DNA of 64,000 nt from Atractiella rhizophila (taxonomy: Eukaryota). Position numbers and translations under genes: made by a program. Where the stretch lies: the NCBI GenBank assembly GCA_021432655.1, contig MU271371.1, positions 1 to 64,000 on the forward strand. Direction: 5' to 3'. Shown in pieces: positions 1 to 13,941 of this stretch; within the stretch, counting starts at the first letter, position 1; each line of letters begins with the position of its first letter. The notes under the pieces were generated by a model. The model did not search any database, had not been told where the DNA came from, and worked only from the letters and a program-made list of their open reading frames with translations.

Positions 1-2138
1 GAGAAGAATTCTGCGGATAGGGAGGCGTTGGAAGTGTGGAAGGATTATTTGAAGTGGGAAGAGGCGAATCCACTTGATTTAGACGATAGTCAGGCGCTGT
101 ATAATCGCGTCATGTTCGTTTATAAGAAAGCTGTCGTCTTCATGAGGTTCTATCCAGAAATCTGGTACGCTCTGCTCCATCGTCCCTGTCCCTTTCTTCA
201 ACATAAGTATCTCGCCAACTTTGCCCTGTTGTCCGCTCCTTTATGTGGCTGGTGAGAATCTGACGAGGCGGAAACGGGAAAAGGTACATGGCCGCCATGT
301 ATTTCAGCCAAGGAATGAAGAAGGAGAAACTGGACGAAGCTTCCCAATACCTGAAATGGGGCATCGAAGCTAACCCTCAATCTCTCCTTCTTCATTACAC
401 CTATATCTCCATTCTCGAATCGAGGAAACAGCACACAGAGGCATATGCACTATTCGACTCCCTCATCAGTTTCCACATCTCTCAACTGGACGATATGCAA
501 TCCTCGATGCAAGCTGAGGTGACGGAGCAGATGTCGAACGAAGACATTCCACCAGCGGATAGAGAGGATCGGAGGCTTGAAATCGAGGCAGCGTGGAAGA
601 AGCGGACTGATAAGGTGAAAGAGAGATTAGGGAATGTTTGGATTATGGAGATGCGCTTTGCCATCAGAGCTGAGGTGTGTCTTTTCTAGCTTCTCCGTGA
701 TGTACAGGAATGATGCATCGCTTGCGGATAGGGAATGAAACAGGCGAGGCAGGTGTTCGCCAAAGCGCGGAAGAAGCAAGCGTATGTAAGCTGGCAAGTC
801 TTCGAGGCTGCAGGTCTGTCGTTTGATACATTTCCCACACGCAGAGGCTGAGATAGAAACGTAGCTTTAATTGAATACCATTGGAATAAAGACTCAAAGG
901 TATCAACCAACATATTCGAGCTCGGAATGAAATCCTACGGCGAAGATGTCGGTTTCGCTGTCCGATACCTTGACTTTTTGATATCCGTCAACGACACAAG
1001 TAGTACGTCCTATCCACTTTTCTGCACCGCACTCTTTTTGACAATAACGACCTGTAGATGCTAGAGCACACTTTGAGAAGACAGTTGCAAAGATCACAGA
1101 CCCTGAAAAGTCGAAGCCGATTTGGGAACGGTGGGCAGAGTACGAGTACCAATTTGGTGATTTGAATGCGATCCAAAAGCTCGACGAGAGATGGAGCGAG
1201 ATGTTTCCTACTGGTTTGTCTTGACTTGTTCCCGCTGTGACATTGAACTGAACTAGGTCACAGATCCATCAATTACACACTTTGCGCGCCGATACACCTA
1301 TCGCGGCCTGGAAGGCTTCCTCTCCCAAGAGCTCGGTACCTCCACGCTTTCCCTCATCCAACCGAGACAGTCTTCCACGCTGCAACCTGAACGTCAACTT
1401 AGCCCCTCTCCGCCTCAGAACTTGAAGCGACCCTTGACGGATGAACGGGACGAGCGTGGAGTCTCTCCAGCACCGCATGCTGGAACGCCAGTGAAGAGGG
1501 CGCGACCTGACAATGATCGTAGATCTGCCTCTCCTATCAGGGATCGCGAGAGAGATGTCAGAGCCCGTAGGGCACTCAGTCCACCCCGGAGGCCTTCGCC
1601 CGCTCCTCGCGATAGAGATCGTGGAAGGGAGGTAGAGAAGGATCGTGGAGGAGGACCGCGGGAGCCGGAGATACCTGAAGCTGTTCTATTTTTTGTTAGC
1701 ATCCTACCTAGCACAGAGACATTCAATGGTACCTATTTGTCCTTTATCTCAAGTAAACATACTGATTTCAGGATAGGACCGATACTCAATGCATCTATGG
1801 CCATGGACGTCCTCGCAGCTGTGAACCTGCCCCCTCCTGGCAGCTCAATGCAACAACAACAATTGCCGCCAGCTCCAGCTCCAACGATGCCTTCGTACTA
1901 TGGCGGAGGTGGCAATGTTGGAGGACACGGTGTGTCACATGGGTACGGTGGCGCACCACCCCGCGGGAGAAGTCCAAGCCCTCCCCCGCCGCCCCGACGT
2001 GAGCTCATCACTCTTTCCTTTTGCTACCTGTAGCTAACCAACGCCTTTCTAGGAGTTGGAGGGAGGAACAGAAGTCCCGACTACAGCGATTATCGGGGAC
2101 CTCCTGCTGGTGCTGCACGAAGGGGGAGGAGGTACTGA
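1..2138 (+). CDS. RNA14: mRNA 3'-end processing factor Rna14/CstF-77 (Suf, HAT repeats); 5'-truncated by the window, multi-exon
   Basis: HAT-like segments WKDYLKWEEANPL, RVMFVYKKAVVFMRFYPEIW, VWIMEMRFAIRAEG, ALIEYHWNKD, IFELGMKSYG, IWERWAEYEYQFG. C-terminal IPEAVLFFVSILP..TFNG and an Arg/Pro-rich tail. Spliced last exon ends TGA at 2136-2138. Confidence 0.9.
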
Positions 2139-2328
2139 ATAAATATTATTCTTGGACTGATTATTGTTTGGATTATGAAATCATATGGATTTGCTTCCGG
2201 CGCAGAATTGACAGTCAAAAGGCACGTGCGCCGCTGATCTTTCCAGCAGTCATCCTTGCAAATCCGTCTGCAACAAGCCTACTTCATAAAAGCTCATAAA
2301 ATTCAGTACGACTGTCACATTTGTCAAG

Positions 2329-4174
2329 ATGTTGCAAAAACGACTTCCCTACGTTATCGACTGTCCACTCCATGGAAAGGTACTAATCGAAGAACCGGTG
2401 TTGGTGGATTTGTTGCATTCGGACGCAGTGACAAGGCTAGAGGGTATTCGTGGGTCTCTCCTATCCTATTTTATTTTCTTTCTTGAACTCGCACAGAAAC
2501 GTGTGTATGAGCTTTAGAACGGAAGACTTCCTGGCCGAACGTCTGACGTGCACGGGCCCTACTCTCAGGACAGGACACGAGCTCTCTGATGAAGCTCTCA
2601 AACAATACCACCCCGGATTTCTTGATGTTCATGCACTCATGCCTACCATGCATACGTTTCGATAGCCGGATTATGCAGATTAGTTTATTTTACACAAAGC
2701 TAGGGATCACAATGATTTCGTTTAACAATGCCTCAGAATCACTGGGATGATTTTTATTGTTCAAAAGATTATAGCCTGTAGAATGCGCTCAAAGTGGATG
2801 AAATGCACCACAGCATCGTTGGGATCCTTGACTGGTGAACGGACAGCTGGTCAAATCGGACATCCTTCATTTGCAAACACTTGTCAGCCTCAGTCGCATA
2901 CTGACTCTGTTTCATAATGCAGAACAACACGGCGTCTCTACGCTCGATAAAACACTGTACCTCCCAGGCATACCTCCTATCAACCGGCTCGAGCATTCGA
3001 TCGGAGCCATGTTGTTAGTACGCAGGTGTGGAGGTAGCGTGGAAGCTCAGGCGGCTGCTTTGTAGGTTTGCATTTTCTACATTTCCCCAAGGTGAAGGAA
3101 GCGAGGTTGATGATAACTTCTGATTCCGAAAGGTTGCACGATTGTGCCCATACCGTCTTTTCTCACGTCACGGATACAGCATTTGGTGCGTCCACAGGCT
3201 CCTCCCAACGGTTCCTCCAAAATGGCTAAATGTGCGAGGGATGTAATTTGGATGGTTAGGGTACGTGGTACACGAGGAGGACAAAGATGAATACATCGCC
3301 ACGACTGATCTGGAGGACATCCTATCCTCGCACGGCTTCGACCCAAAGCGAGTGCTGAACGAACACCTCTTTCCTCTCCTCGAACTTGACTCGCCAGCCA
3401 TCTGTGCTGACCGTCTCGACTATGGATTGCGTGGTGTGTCTTCCTTCTATTCTCCCTCGTACATCTTCCGAAAGCATAAAGAAAGGAAAGACTGATTGTT
3501 ACAACGTCCCCCGTCCTCTTCTTGGGGAGTAGACTCACGAGCCTTTGGATATCTGTCCGATGAGGATGTCTCGAAGGTTCTCCGTTCGCTGATCCAGAGG
3601 AACGGACGAATGGTGTTGTCAGATCAGGACGCGGCGAGGACCCTAGCTGAGGCGTATATCACGAGTGATGAGAGGTGTTGGGGGAGCGTATTGCACCATT
3701 GGATCTACGTCAAAGCGGCTGCGTTCGTCATGTCCCTCCCTCTTATCTATTCTTCTGTTCCCTACGCCAATGTTAACATGAAGGATTGAAACACGATTGA
3801 ACAGGGTCATAAAACTCGCCATGGACAAAGGGCTCGTATCCAAGTCCTCGCTCTGGTCGGAGTCCGACTCCGAGTTCTGGAAACGATTGGAATTGGCATC
3901 TTCTTCTCTTCCCGAGCTCAAAGCGGCAATAGAAGACGTGCACGCGGAATGGGAGTGCATAGAAAGCGAGGATGGGGACCACCAATTGGTGCCTAAGGTG
4001 AGAGTCATCGATCCCGATGTCCTCGTTCTCTCTGTCGTTGAGGGCGGTGACAAGCGAGAGGAGCACGTGAGCAGGCTGAGCGAGGTTGATGAGGCGTGGA
4101 GGGAGAGGATGTTACAGTATAAGGCGAGGAAGGGGAGGAAAGTCCTGTTCAATGCGAGGTTATTGAGGAATTGA
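2329..4174 (+). CDS. HD-domain metal-dependent phosphohydrolase (SAMHD1/YwfO-like), 6 exons
   Basis: Spliced protein reads IDCPLHG..RLEGIQQHG..NRLEHSIG..LHDCAHTVFSH..CADRLDYGLRD. First intron 2450-2922 (GTGGGT..CTGAC..TGCAG) joins in phase 1. Confidence 0.85.
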
Positions 4175-4614
4175 TCCCCTTTTCGCCTAACTTTTCGACT
4201 TTTCGAGTTGTTGCAATTGTGAAAATTTAATTGGTTGTCTGTGGGCTATCATAGTATTTTGACGATTAGAAGAAGTATTTTGTCACTCATATCATGTCAG
4301 CATTCTTACTCATTTGTTCATAACATGTTACCAATTAGCAATAACAATGTCCTCCAACATCAATGGATCATCCCCTCTAACAATCATCTCTCAAAGTGCA
4401 TCCGCAGCTCAGAACTTGAAGGAGATGGTCTGATTCCACTACATTCCCCAATGACTTGGAGAAGCAGTTCCTATCGAACGCAATAAAGTTCCAGATCTGT
4501 ACGGCATACTCTGCTTAGACCCTCTCAGGATATATTGCTTGCTGTATTTCAAGCTTGGACGATCACAGTAGTGCTAGTGGCGTATTTTGACACACAACTT
4601 CCAGTAAAAGTAAG

Positions 4615-6126
4615 ATGTCCTTTAGCGGCCCACCTCAACGTATCACGATCATAGGTGGAGGAGCCTTTGGGCTTTCCACCGCTCTTGCGCTCTCAAGAGG
4701 ACCTTACAAAGGCAAGGGGGACTTAATTACCGTAGTTGGTTCGTATCCTCCGCTCTACCATAGCTCGAGAAAGCGCACACATTGCAACTGATCTGATACC
4801 TTTCAAATTTCATGTGAGTTAGATCGAAGTGCCAGTCCGCCCGCAAAAGACGCTGCCAGTAGCGATCTCAACAAGGTGCGTTACCTTCCCTGGTCCAGGG
4901 GATTGATCGCTTACATATGAGCCAACAGATCGTGCGATCGGACTACTCCTCAGCCCTCTACACAACTCTAGCTCAACGCTCCCTCAAAGTCTGGAATACA
5001 TCTGGCTGGTCTTCATACTACCACGAGAGCGGCGTCGTGGTACATGGTTCCAGCCCACACAGCGGAACATATGTATCCTCCTCACTCGCACACAATCCGC
5101 ACGCCTCATCCCTCTCCCCGGAAGGCGTGAAAGCGCTGTTTGGTTGCTCCGTGAACCTTGAGGAGGGAACGGCGTACTTGAACCCGGTTGGCGGATGGGC
5201 TGACGCCTCCGGAGCAATGCAACATATCTACGAGCTCGTCAGAGGAGAGGGAGTCAGATTTGAGGTCGCCATCGTGAGAGAAATATCGACATTGGAAGGG
5301 AAGGTGTCGGTCGATGGTCTGCAACGCAGATTGGAGGACGACGAACTTGTTATCCTCTCCGCGGGCAGCTGGAGCTCGAGCCTCTTCCCAGCGTTACTAG
5401 AAGAAAAGAAGGCGGTTTCGACTGCCCAGGTGATTGGAACCATTTCTCTAACGCCTGAAGAAGTGGAAAGGTACTCGAAGAATCCAGTGTATTTGTCTTT
5501 CGACAACGGATTTTATGCTTTCCCGCCGACAAAATCTGGAGAGGTCAAGTTTGCGATTCATGGCGAGGGTTTTGTTACGAAGGAGAAGAAGAGGCCTGTA
5601 AGAGAAGAGGAAATGGGGACCCTTGGAAAGGATAGACTAACGGAGGATGGAAGGAAGACTTTGAAGACTGCAATGGAGACAGTATTTCCCGACTTCAAGG
5701 GGAGGGAGTGGAGCGGGGAGAGGTTGTGTTGGTACGTTATTTTCAGTTGTTTTTCTTTCGGTATTCCCCAATTGAAGATTAAATGTCGAATGGATGCACA
5801 GGTATATGGACGCCGAGGACGAAGACTGGATCATCTCGTACTCTCCCAAATCACCAAACTTGTTCATCGCGACTGGAGACTCAGGACATGCTTTCAAGGT
5901 AGGTGCATTTTCATCCCATAGTCAGAAACTTGAAAGAGGAGTCTGGGCGGCTGACATTGGATAACAGTTCCTGCCTATCCTCGGAGAACTTGTGCTTTCT
6001 GCGCTGAAAGGAGAGCTGGAGGAGGAACAGAAGGAACTTTGGGCGTGGGAAAAGGTGCGAAGAAGTGTGGGGGTAACAGAGGAAAGCAGGGAGAAGATTG
6101 GAGGATGGGGCGTTATTGATGCCTGA
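4615..6126 (+). CDS. FAD-dependent oxidoreductase, sarcosine/fructosyl-amine/pipecolate oxidase family
   Basis: GxGxxG motif ITIIGGGAFGLSTA, then DAASSDLNKIVRSDY, RLCWY, and ATGDSGHAFK/FLPILG. Multi-exon; stop at 6124-6126. Confidence 0.88.
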
Positions 6127-6195
6127 CATAATAATTTTTTCCTCTTCTAATGATTTGCAATGGTTACGATGGCAAGCACGTGACTCTATTTGCGC

Positions 6196-7816
6196 ATGTC
6201 AACAAAGGGACCTACTAAGAGAAGAACGGTGCCAGTGAACAAGGACTGCGTATGAGAAACTTACATATGTCCCTGCTGCAGCTTCAGTCTGTTTTTTCCA
6301 AGCAACTTCTGAAACCTGGTAGGAATAAACGGTCCATAATGAGTATGACTTTGTGCTCCCCGTGTACATCATTAATGTTTTCTTGACAGGTCAAAGCACA
6401 AACATCAAATGCATCAAATCTCCTCAAATACTTGAGGATTCTCCTGCTGATTATACGAAGTTTTCGACAGAATGGCCTACAGAATCACAAATATATGACC
6501 GCGTTTATCCTCCTAAAATCCGACCGAATATCTCTCTGACGGGTTTCGACACTAGAGCATTGGGCGTTTGCGCGTCCAGAGCACTTAGCATTCAAGAAGT
6601 TCCTGTCGACATCACTCTTGCTCACAATGGATTCTGGAATCGAATCTTCTGCATTAAATTTTCTTCTGGAAAGAGTTTGCTCGTTCGGATACCATCGAAG
6701 CATGGCGATGTCCCAGAAAGAACAGAAAGCGTAGTGGCATCGATGACTTTCGGTCGGGCCGTCCTTGGGCTACCTACAAATCCGATTAGGGCATGGAACA
6801 ACGATAGGGGCAATCCGGTAAAGGCGCCATATATTCTTATGGATGCTTTGCCAGGCGAAGAGGCAGCCGACTATTGGAGCTCGTGGAATGATGAAAAGAA
6901 GATCACATTCCTCGCCAACCTCGCTCGTCTGATGAGTGCATGCTTTCGGCCATTGCCTTACAACCGCTTTGGGAACCTTTACTTCAACAGAACATCTGAT
7001 TGTTGCGATTTGACAAACCCACTGTGTTATGAAGTTGGATCGTTTCTATTCGGACCTCATATTCAAGAATTCAAAGGTTTGCCTCCTGCAACAGGTTCTA
7101 CAGAGACGATACAAGATCTTTGGTTGCGGCAACTAGAGGTATCATCCAAATTTGTTCGCGCGCATTGCAGTTTGGAGGACTCAAATGCCTTTTTGGGTAA
7201 CCTGCATCCTCAGTACGACGAGACTACTGTTTCACATTTTCTAGCCGTCGAATCAGCCCTAAGAACACTGCTTCTCAAGTTTGGGAGGAATATGCCGAGT
7301 TTTGCAGAGCCAGCCCTCGTCTTCCAAGATTTCGCTATGCGCAATATTCTCGTCAATCCTGATACCGCAGAAATAACTGGAATTGTCGACTTTGATGACG
7401 TGTCGATATTACCTCGTCTCCTATCGTCGACGTACCCTGAAGAAATTTGCTCGTTTTCTCGTGATAACACGTGGCGGCAGGCGAATGGCAGTTTTATCTT
7501 CCTTCCGCCAGATGTGTACCCAACTTCGGACTTCTACCTTTTGCAAGCCAAGCAGCGGATTTTGGATCCTCTCTTCAGGGATTCCAACTTGGATCCAAGC
7601 TCTTGGTGCACGGAGGTCAAGGAAACCAAGTTTCGAAAGTGGTACGATGGCTTCCTTCAAACTCTTTCTCCCGAAATGGACGATGATTTTCGTGAGCTGA
7701 GAAGATATCCACTCAAGTTGCACGACCTCTCAGTCAAAGGGTGGAGACACTGGCTCGACAACGACAGTTGGATCCTTCTTCAAAGGGATAAGCATTCGAC
7801 CATTACTGGATTTTAA
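6196..7816 (+). CDS. APH/choline-kinase-like phosphotransferase
   Basis: One long exon of ~475 codons with G(F)WNRIF..LLVRIP, NPVKAPYILMD, FGNLYF and Brenner-like LVFQDFAMRNILV..ITGIVDFDD. Start at 6196 assumes two short 5' introns and is less certain. Confidence 0.8.
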
Positions 7817-8337
7817 TGAACTGAGATGTACATCTCATCCTCATGCTCCATTGTCATTCGACCATCCTGAGGTTTACGGTATTTGAATTACAAAGATTAC
7901 AAGGAAAAGAACGTAAATGAATGAACCAGTCCTAAGTCTGCGAGTAGAAACTGTCTTTGCACATACATTAAATATCCTCTGTTTTTATGCTGGATGGTCC
8001 TCCCTCATGCCATACCTCCTGCCTCCAACCGTTGACTCCTCGTTCCCCTTCACTGCTCTACTTAACTTCTTATCCTTCCCACCGCTATTCGTTATTCCTT
8101 TCCTTTGAGGCATCATGATTAGGACACCGCAAATTCACTGCAAACGTTAGGTCAACAGCTGTGTATCTTCTACTGTTCTTCCTTTCAGTGACCTTTGTCT
8201 TATTCGCTCTTGAACCTTGTCAGACCTTGTTAGACCAAAGTTGAAAGTCGCACGGTTACGTGGACAAAGGTTCGGGCTCACAAGGCCATGAGACTTGTTC
8301 CATGCAGACAAAGCTTACAGACAAAGCTTGCTCATTC

Positions 8338-8830
8338 ATGCCGCAGATAAAAGGCCCCTTCCTGAGCTCTTTCCATCCACTTCTACCCACGACATCCACT
8401 CAACCTCAGAACTTGAAACGAACTCGCCAGCGAAATGTCCAACTTATCTGTGAGACAACTGGTACGTTTTCTTCCATAATGTTATCACTAGCTGTGCGTT
8501 AAAGGAAGGGACAAGCGAAAGACACTCCCAGAATGCCTTAAGTGGATAGAAGAAAGTCGAGACCGGGTGGCACGCAAACCTCTCACTGTCTTCACCTTCG
8601 GAACCAACAGATATGAGAAGTTCCATGGGATGGGAACTGGCTTCTCTCCTAATTGTATCTGCGAAGGCAAACACGAAGAGACCACGGGGAAGCATCGTCT
8701 CAAGTTCACCACGAGAGAAGTCAAAGTTTTCGAGGACGTGGAGATCAAGTCTTCTAAAGAAGGCGAGGCTCCGTCTATTGATGATGTGTATGATGCCTTG
8801 ATTGGATGGGTGAAGGCGAATATGAAGTAG
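8338..8830 (+). CDS. small hypothetical protein (~150 aa, 2 exons)
   Basis: GTACGT donor at ~8462 and AAAG acceptor at ~8503 join ORF 8338.. in frame to ORF 8567-8830. No recognisable domain. Confidence 0.45.
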
Positions 8831-9266
8831 CCTCTTTCCAAACATATCTCACTCCCCACAACTTTGTTATGTGGAATAGGAAGATGGTTAGATACTGTGT
8901 ACCGGTGATTCAAATGTGATTCGCGCAAAATACAGTGTGCAGTGTAGCCACCTGACAGATTGAGGAGGCTGGTGTGTAAGAAGAAAGAACGAATGCTGCC
9001 AGATAATAGAAGCAGCTTCCGGTAGGTAATATCTTCATCAATTGGGGGGTTCGCGCGCTGCGCTGTCGCAAAATGAGCAGAAGATGCATGAATCTGTTTT
9101 ATGAATGAAAAACATAGCGGGCGGACTTCTGGAGCAACAGCATGGTGGAGGTTGCCATCCGGCTCAATTCTCCGTCTCGTAACGGCTTCCTTTGAGTTGT
9201 TCAGGATATCTGTACCCGATATTGTCCAAAAGGAGCAGCAATTAGCAATCAAAGTAACCAGGAACT

Positions 9267-10248
9267 ATGTCGGCACAAAATCCATTGCAGCCAACGGCAT
9301 TCAACATCCCCACTCTCGACCCAACCACCGCACCGTCCTCCAGAGCTGAAGGAGAGGTGAAGGCCACCAACATTACCTGGCATGAGGGGATGGTAGATTT
9401 CGACGAGCGCAAGAAGAATCTCGGACAGGGAGGAGCGACGATTTGGTTCACTGGTCTATCTGGTGTGCATCTCTTCATTCGTGCTGCAGCTACTCTGCCA
9501 CATCTATTGTGGCTGGCTTCTTCGCCTACACTTTATCATTGATTTTGCGACGCTGATATGCTGACTTGGTGCGATGTGGAATGGTGGGATGATCAGCGTC
9601 AGGCAAATCCACTCTCTCGTGCGCGCTTGAGCAGCACCTCCTGCATCAAGGTATCCGAGCGTTCAGACTCGATGGGGACAACGTTAGGCATGGTCTGAAC
9701 AAGGATCTAGGATTTAGCGAGGCGGATCGAACAGAGAACATCCGTCGAATCGGGGAGGTGCGCCTCCCTTCCCATCCATCCAACCCCTCCATATCAGACC
9801 TCATATTGATTGATTGATGGATGGATGGATGGTGCAGGTCTCCCTCTTGCTCTCCTCATCTTGCTGCATCACCCTCACAGCTTTCATCTCCCCTTACAAG
9901 GCCGACCGTGCCCTAGCGCGCTCCGTCCACTCCAAGGCGGGAATCGACTTCATCGAGGTCTTCGCTGATGCTTCCCTCGAGAGCGTCGAGAAGAGGGATC
10001 CCAAGGGTTTGTACGCCAAGGCTAGGAAGGGTGAGATCAAAGGTTCGTTTTCCACCTTCCACCCTTCTACAAAGTTGTAGAACTGTACGAGGATGCTCAC
10101 GGATTGCGACGCAGATTTCACGGGGATTTCCGCACCGTACGAAGCGCCTACTGATCCTGAGGTTCACATAAAGACGGACGAGGTGTCGGTTGAGGAGGGA
10201 GTGGAGATCTTGGTGAAATACCTCAAGGAGAAGGGGATCTTGAACTGA
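9267..10248 (+). CDS. MET14: adenylyl-sulfate (APS) kinase
   Basis: [21 protein letters not shown]-loop split by an intron, [51 protein letters not shown]. Confidence 0.96.
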
Positions 10249-10529
10249 AAGATCACGGCATAAGATAGAGACGAAATAAGTGTGAGTAGTACGAAGATCA
10301 GATGCTAGAAAAACGAAGAATGTACGTTGATACTCTAAAGTGCAACGATGGATCTCCACACCGGTCCTGCTTCATCTCCACATGCATTGTCTCTTGAATC
10401 TGCTCAGTATCAAACACAATTCCTTCTCTGCTTCCTTCCACACCATATCAGCTCGACATCCAGTCAGCTTCATTCGATAAACATAAATAGCCTCCGCCAT
10501 CCACACGCCTCAAAATCATCAGTTAAGCA

Positions 10530-11306
10530 CTACTCCAAAGTATGGTAACCGCCCTGAGAAGGTTGGGGCACGGGGCTCTTCGGCGCCTGGACGTTCGAAT
10601 TTGAATTCGCGTTCGGGTTCGCATTCGCTTTGGGGGTAGGGACCGGCAATTCCTCCTCGCTGTCCGCATCGAAGTTCTGATACGGAACACCCGCGCCGTT
10701 CCTTCCTCCACCTGCTCTTCCAGCTCCGCGTCCGACTCCGAAGGATGGGATGGAGGTCGGGAAGCCACCTGGCATGGAGGTGGGGAGTTGGAAGGCGCCG
10801 CCGCTGGAGCGGGAGAGGGAGGAGAGGACCGTTATTGGCTGTCGTGTCATGTTGTCACTGTCAGCACGTTGCACGCAGAGGATAGGGGGAGGACTAGGTA
10901 CGTACCTTCAAGAGGAGGTTGAGGATTACGAGCGAGACGAAGAAGCCGCCGTATTCTTCACGCCAGGATATCAACCACTGTTTCGCCCATCATATCAACA
11001 CTCTGTCCTTCCATCCCAGAACCAACTCGAGACTAGAGAAGACGTACAAAGATGTCCAATCCCACGCTCGCCGCCCACAAATACGCAAAGTTCCTAATCC
11101 CATCTCCACCCTGAGAGGCTCCATCTAAGCTGAGGAGACCGTAGAGTGCGAGGGGCAAGTTGTAAGGCGGGGAAATGGAGAGGGAGGTGAAAAGAGAGAG
11201 GGCGGAGTGGAAGATGAGCAGTTTGGAGAGGTCCAGCTGGGAAGTTAGGGAGTCCTGTTGCCTCCACAGTTAGCCCGCTAGAAAGGATGCCAGAAGGACG
11301 AACCAT
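10530..11306 (-). CDS. small multi-pass membrane protein (AGTRAP-like), 4 exons; first coding exon is the ATG alone
   Basis: Spliced protein reads M/DSLTSQLDLSKLLIFHSALSLF..PPYNLPLALYG..LDIF/WLISW..VILNLLLK/PITVL..MPGGF..GGYHTLE. All introns are canonical GT-AG with CTRAY-type branch points. Confidence 0.7.
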
Positions 11307-12599
11307 TTTGATGCTGAAGGTGCTTCGTTGTGGCTGTTTCCTTGGATTTGGATTTGTGCGGTGACGTGCAAATTCCGCCCACCGCTTTCGAAACGACAAG
11401 TTGCAACGAGGTTGGAAGCTAATATAATTCGTTGAGACTGCGAACAAAAGACTAGAGTAGGGTGGACGCGAATTTGGTAGTTGCGTAAATTCAGAAGGCA
11501 AAGAGGGTTATAGGAGAGCTCAGGTCAGCCAGACAGATCTGCACTTGATGGAGGTAGAAGTCTTGCAGTTTCGCTTTCACGATTGGAATACTGGATAGCA
11601 TCTAAACAACTTACGCTGCCATGTCCAGTTTCTTTATTTATTCATGGTGCTTTCATGGAAAGCGCTTTGGCGAGTCACTGTCGTATCAGGTGGACAGCCT
11701 TTCCCCCGATTCTCCTTCTCAGACTCATCTTTGGGTCTTCCATGGCTTTAATTTATGAGGGTTCTAACTGCAGTCACTGGAGAATAGAAGTTGCAGGAGA
11801 ACCAAAGAGAACCCCTGATAATATGTGTTACCCAGAACCTTAAGATCATTTATTACAATCTTCAAATTCAATTCAATGCCTTAAAACATTGGGGTGACAT
11901 GATCTCCTTGCGTTCACGCAAATTATATCCTTATACAGCAACGAGATTGGTCGCAAACTCTTTGTGATACTGTATCGTAGGAAATAGATTGTTATGAAAT
12001 TGTTGTTGTTTTTCGAAGAACAGATGCGTAATTCCTGCGGTGTTTGCACGCAACTTTAAGGGATGGTAGACCTATTGCCATCCCATTAGGCTCACTACTC
12101 CTTGAAAAGAAGCCTGTTATGACATGCATGACAACATGTCACTGCTTCGCGTGCCTCTTTCGTAAGTATATCCCAGAGAGGTGACGTGAACTCCCTGTCA
12201 ATGTTTGGGGTTGTAGTAAAGAACTGCGATGAAGTATTCTGCGCCATCCTGTCTCATTACCATGTAAAGTGTGCTTAAACGGAGCTTGGTACAATTTGCC
12301 TGAGCTGTCAAGTTTCTGGGTAACACGTACACATAGTATTTAGTTTGTTATTCAACCGAATTTTTCAAAAAGAATAACTCGTTGAGTTAGATTCATCTTG
12401 TTATGGGATCAGACTTCTGAAGGAGCTTGGACTAAAAGCCTGATCCTACCACTGAAACTCGCCATGAATGATGAGGATTGTGTGCTGCTGCAAGAATTAC
12501 ATTGAAGCAATTTATTATTCAAAGAACGTCTTCATCTCTTCCTCGCAACGAGGCGCTATGAATGACCATCATGATGGACACAAAGGCTAAGTTTTACCC

Positions 12600-13115
12600 G
12601 ATTAGTTATGGTTCATTGTCGCTCCACTTCCCAGCATATGGAACCATCGGTTTGCGAATAGTCGGATGTGGATCCGTACAATCTATTCCTTCTCAAAATC
12701 GTAAATTCAGAGCTAAGACGGATGACGTACCCAGGCAATCTGTGCTCACACAAACCTGTCTCTTTTGTTGGTTATCATTTCCACTAGGTAAATGAAAACG
12801 ACAGAGCCGCACCTCTCGATTCGTAACGATCGCTAAAGAGCAATCCAAATCTTTATTCATGCTCTCTAGCTCTGCAAGCGATATACCGCTCTCGTCGGCT
12901 ATGGATAAACAAGAAACCCATTCGTTCGAAGACACAGTGCGAAAGACGGTGCATTTTGGCTTTTGACCTGTCCTATATCGCGGTCGGCGTCGGTTCCATG
13001 ATTCCTTTTCGGAGGACATGAAGGATGGACGTTGCATGTATATCCTTTGGCGTCTATGGAGAGAATCTACCTCTTTTCGATGAGGCCAGCAACAGACTAA
13101 AAGGGAAACATACAA
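12600..13115 (-). pseudogene. degenerate LysM-domain gene relic
   Basis: CTVFRTVSSNEWVSCLSIADESGISLAELESMNKDLDCS resembles a fungal Cys-flanked LysM repeat. Downstream frames are interrupted by stops. Confidence 0.4.
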
Positions 13116-13941
13116 GTGCGTGATAGACGGGGATTGAGTGCTGCTATCTCCTTTGACATGAGGCCGCTCCTGGACGTTATGCGGGAGTCCTTTGCACCAC
13201 TAACAAGGAATCAAGGACCTTTCCTGCATATATTATTGGAGAACGCGTACCCTTGAGGATGATTGAACGGTGGTTTCATCGGTTCGCCAAAAATTTGGGA
13301 AGGAATGAAGAAAAGAGAAAGGAGTACAGTTGTTTTCATAATACAATAATGGGTTCTATCTTTCCTTTCGAGTCGCTTTTGGGGAAGATGATATCCTTAT
13401 TTCATAGCATAACTGCTAAGCTGCGATGAACAACACCGCCGGTGAATCGTTACAAAACATGGTCATCGCCGGATACCTTACGGGGGACAATACCTTGCAA
13501 ATATATTCGCTCTCCATCTCTCCCCGAAGGAATACCTCCCAGCTGCTCCAAGGTGTCCATGGCGTTGCGGCCTAACATACACTCATTGGTCGTTTGTGTA
13601 CCATTCTGTAAATGTACTCGACACACTTACTCTTGAAGCTTGAAGGAGGGGATGGAAGCATGTTTTCCAACCACTTATTTAAGGTCTGGTTGCGTGGTGG
13701 TTCTTTCCGACCCCCATGAGCATGTTCAATTATCTGGCCTTGATCGTTGCAGCACGAACGCAGCCAGAACTCTCGGCCGCGATAAGGAGTGGTGCCCATG
13801 GCAATTTGAAAATGGCGTAGAATTTAAGCGAAGCTCTCCCCGCCTTTGGTGATAGGGAGGGCAAACCAAAGACCCGTTGCTCCTCATAAACGTCATCCTT
13901 CCTCTAGACACCAGCAGACACTCCTTCTCCAATTTGAACCA

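Noticed and set aside
8488..9252. 254-aa minus-strand ORF
   Set aside because: No recognisable motifs and a non-ATG start. It overlaps a spliced + strand gene and the MET14 promoter, so it is likely spurious.
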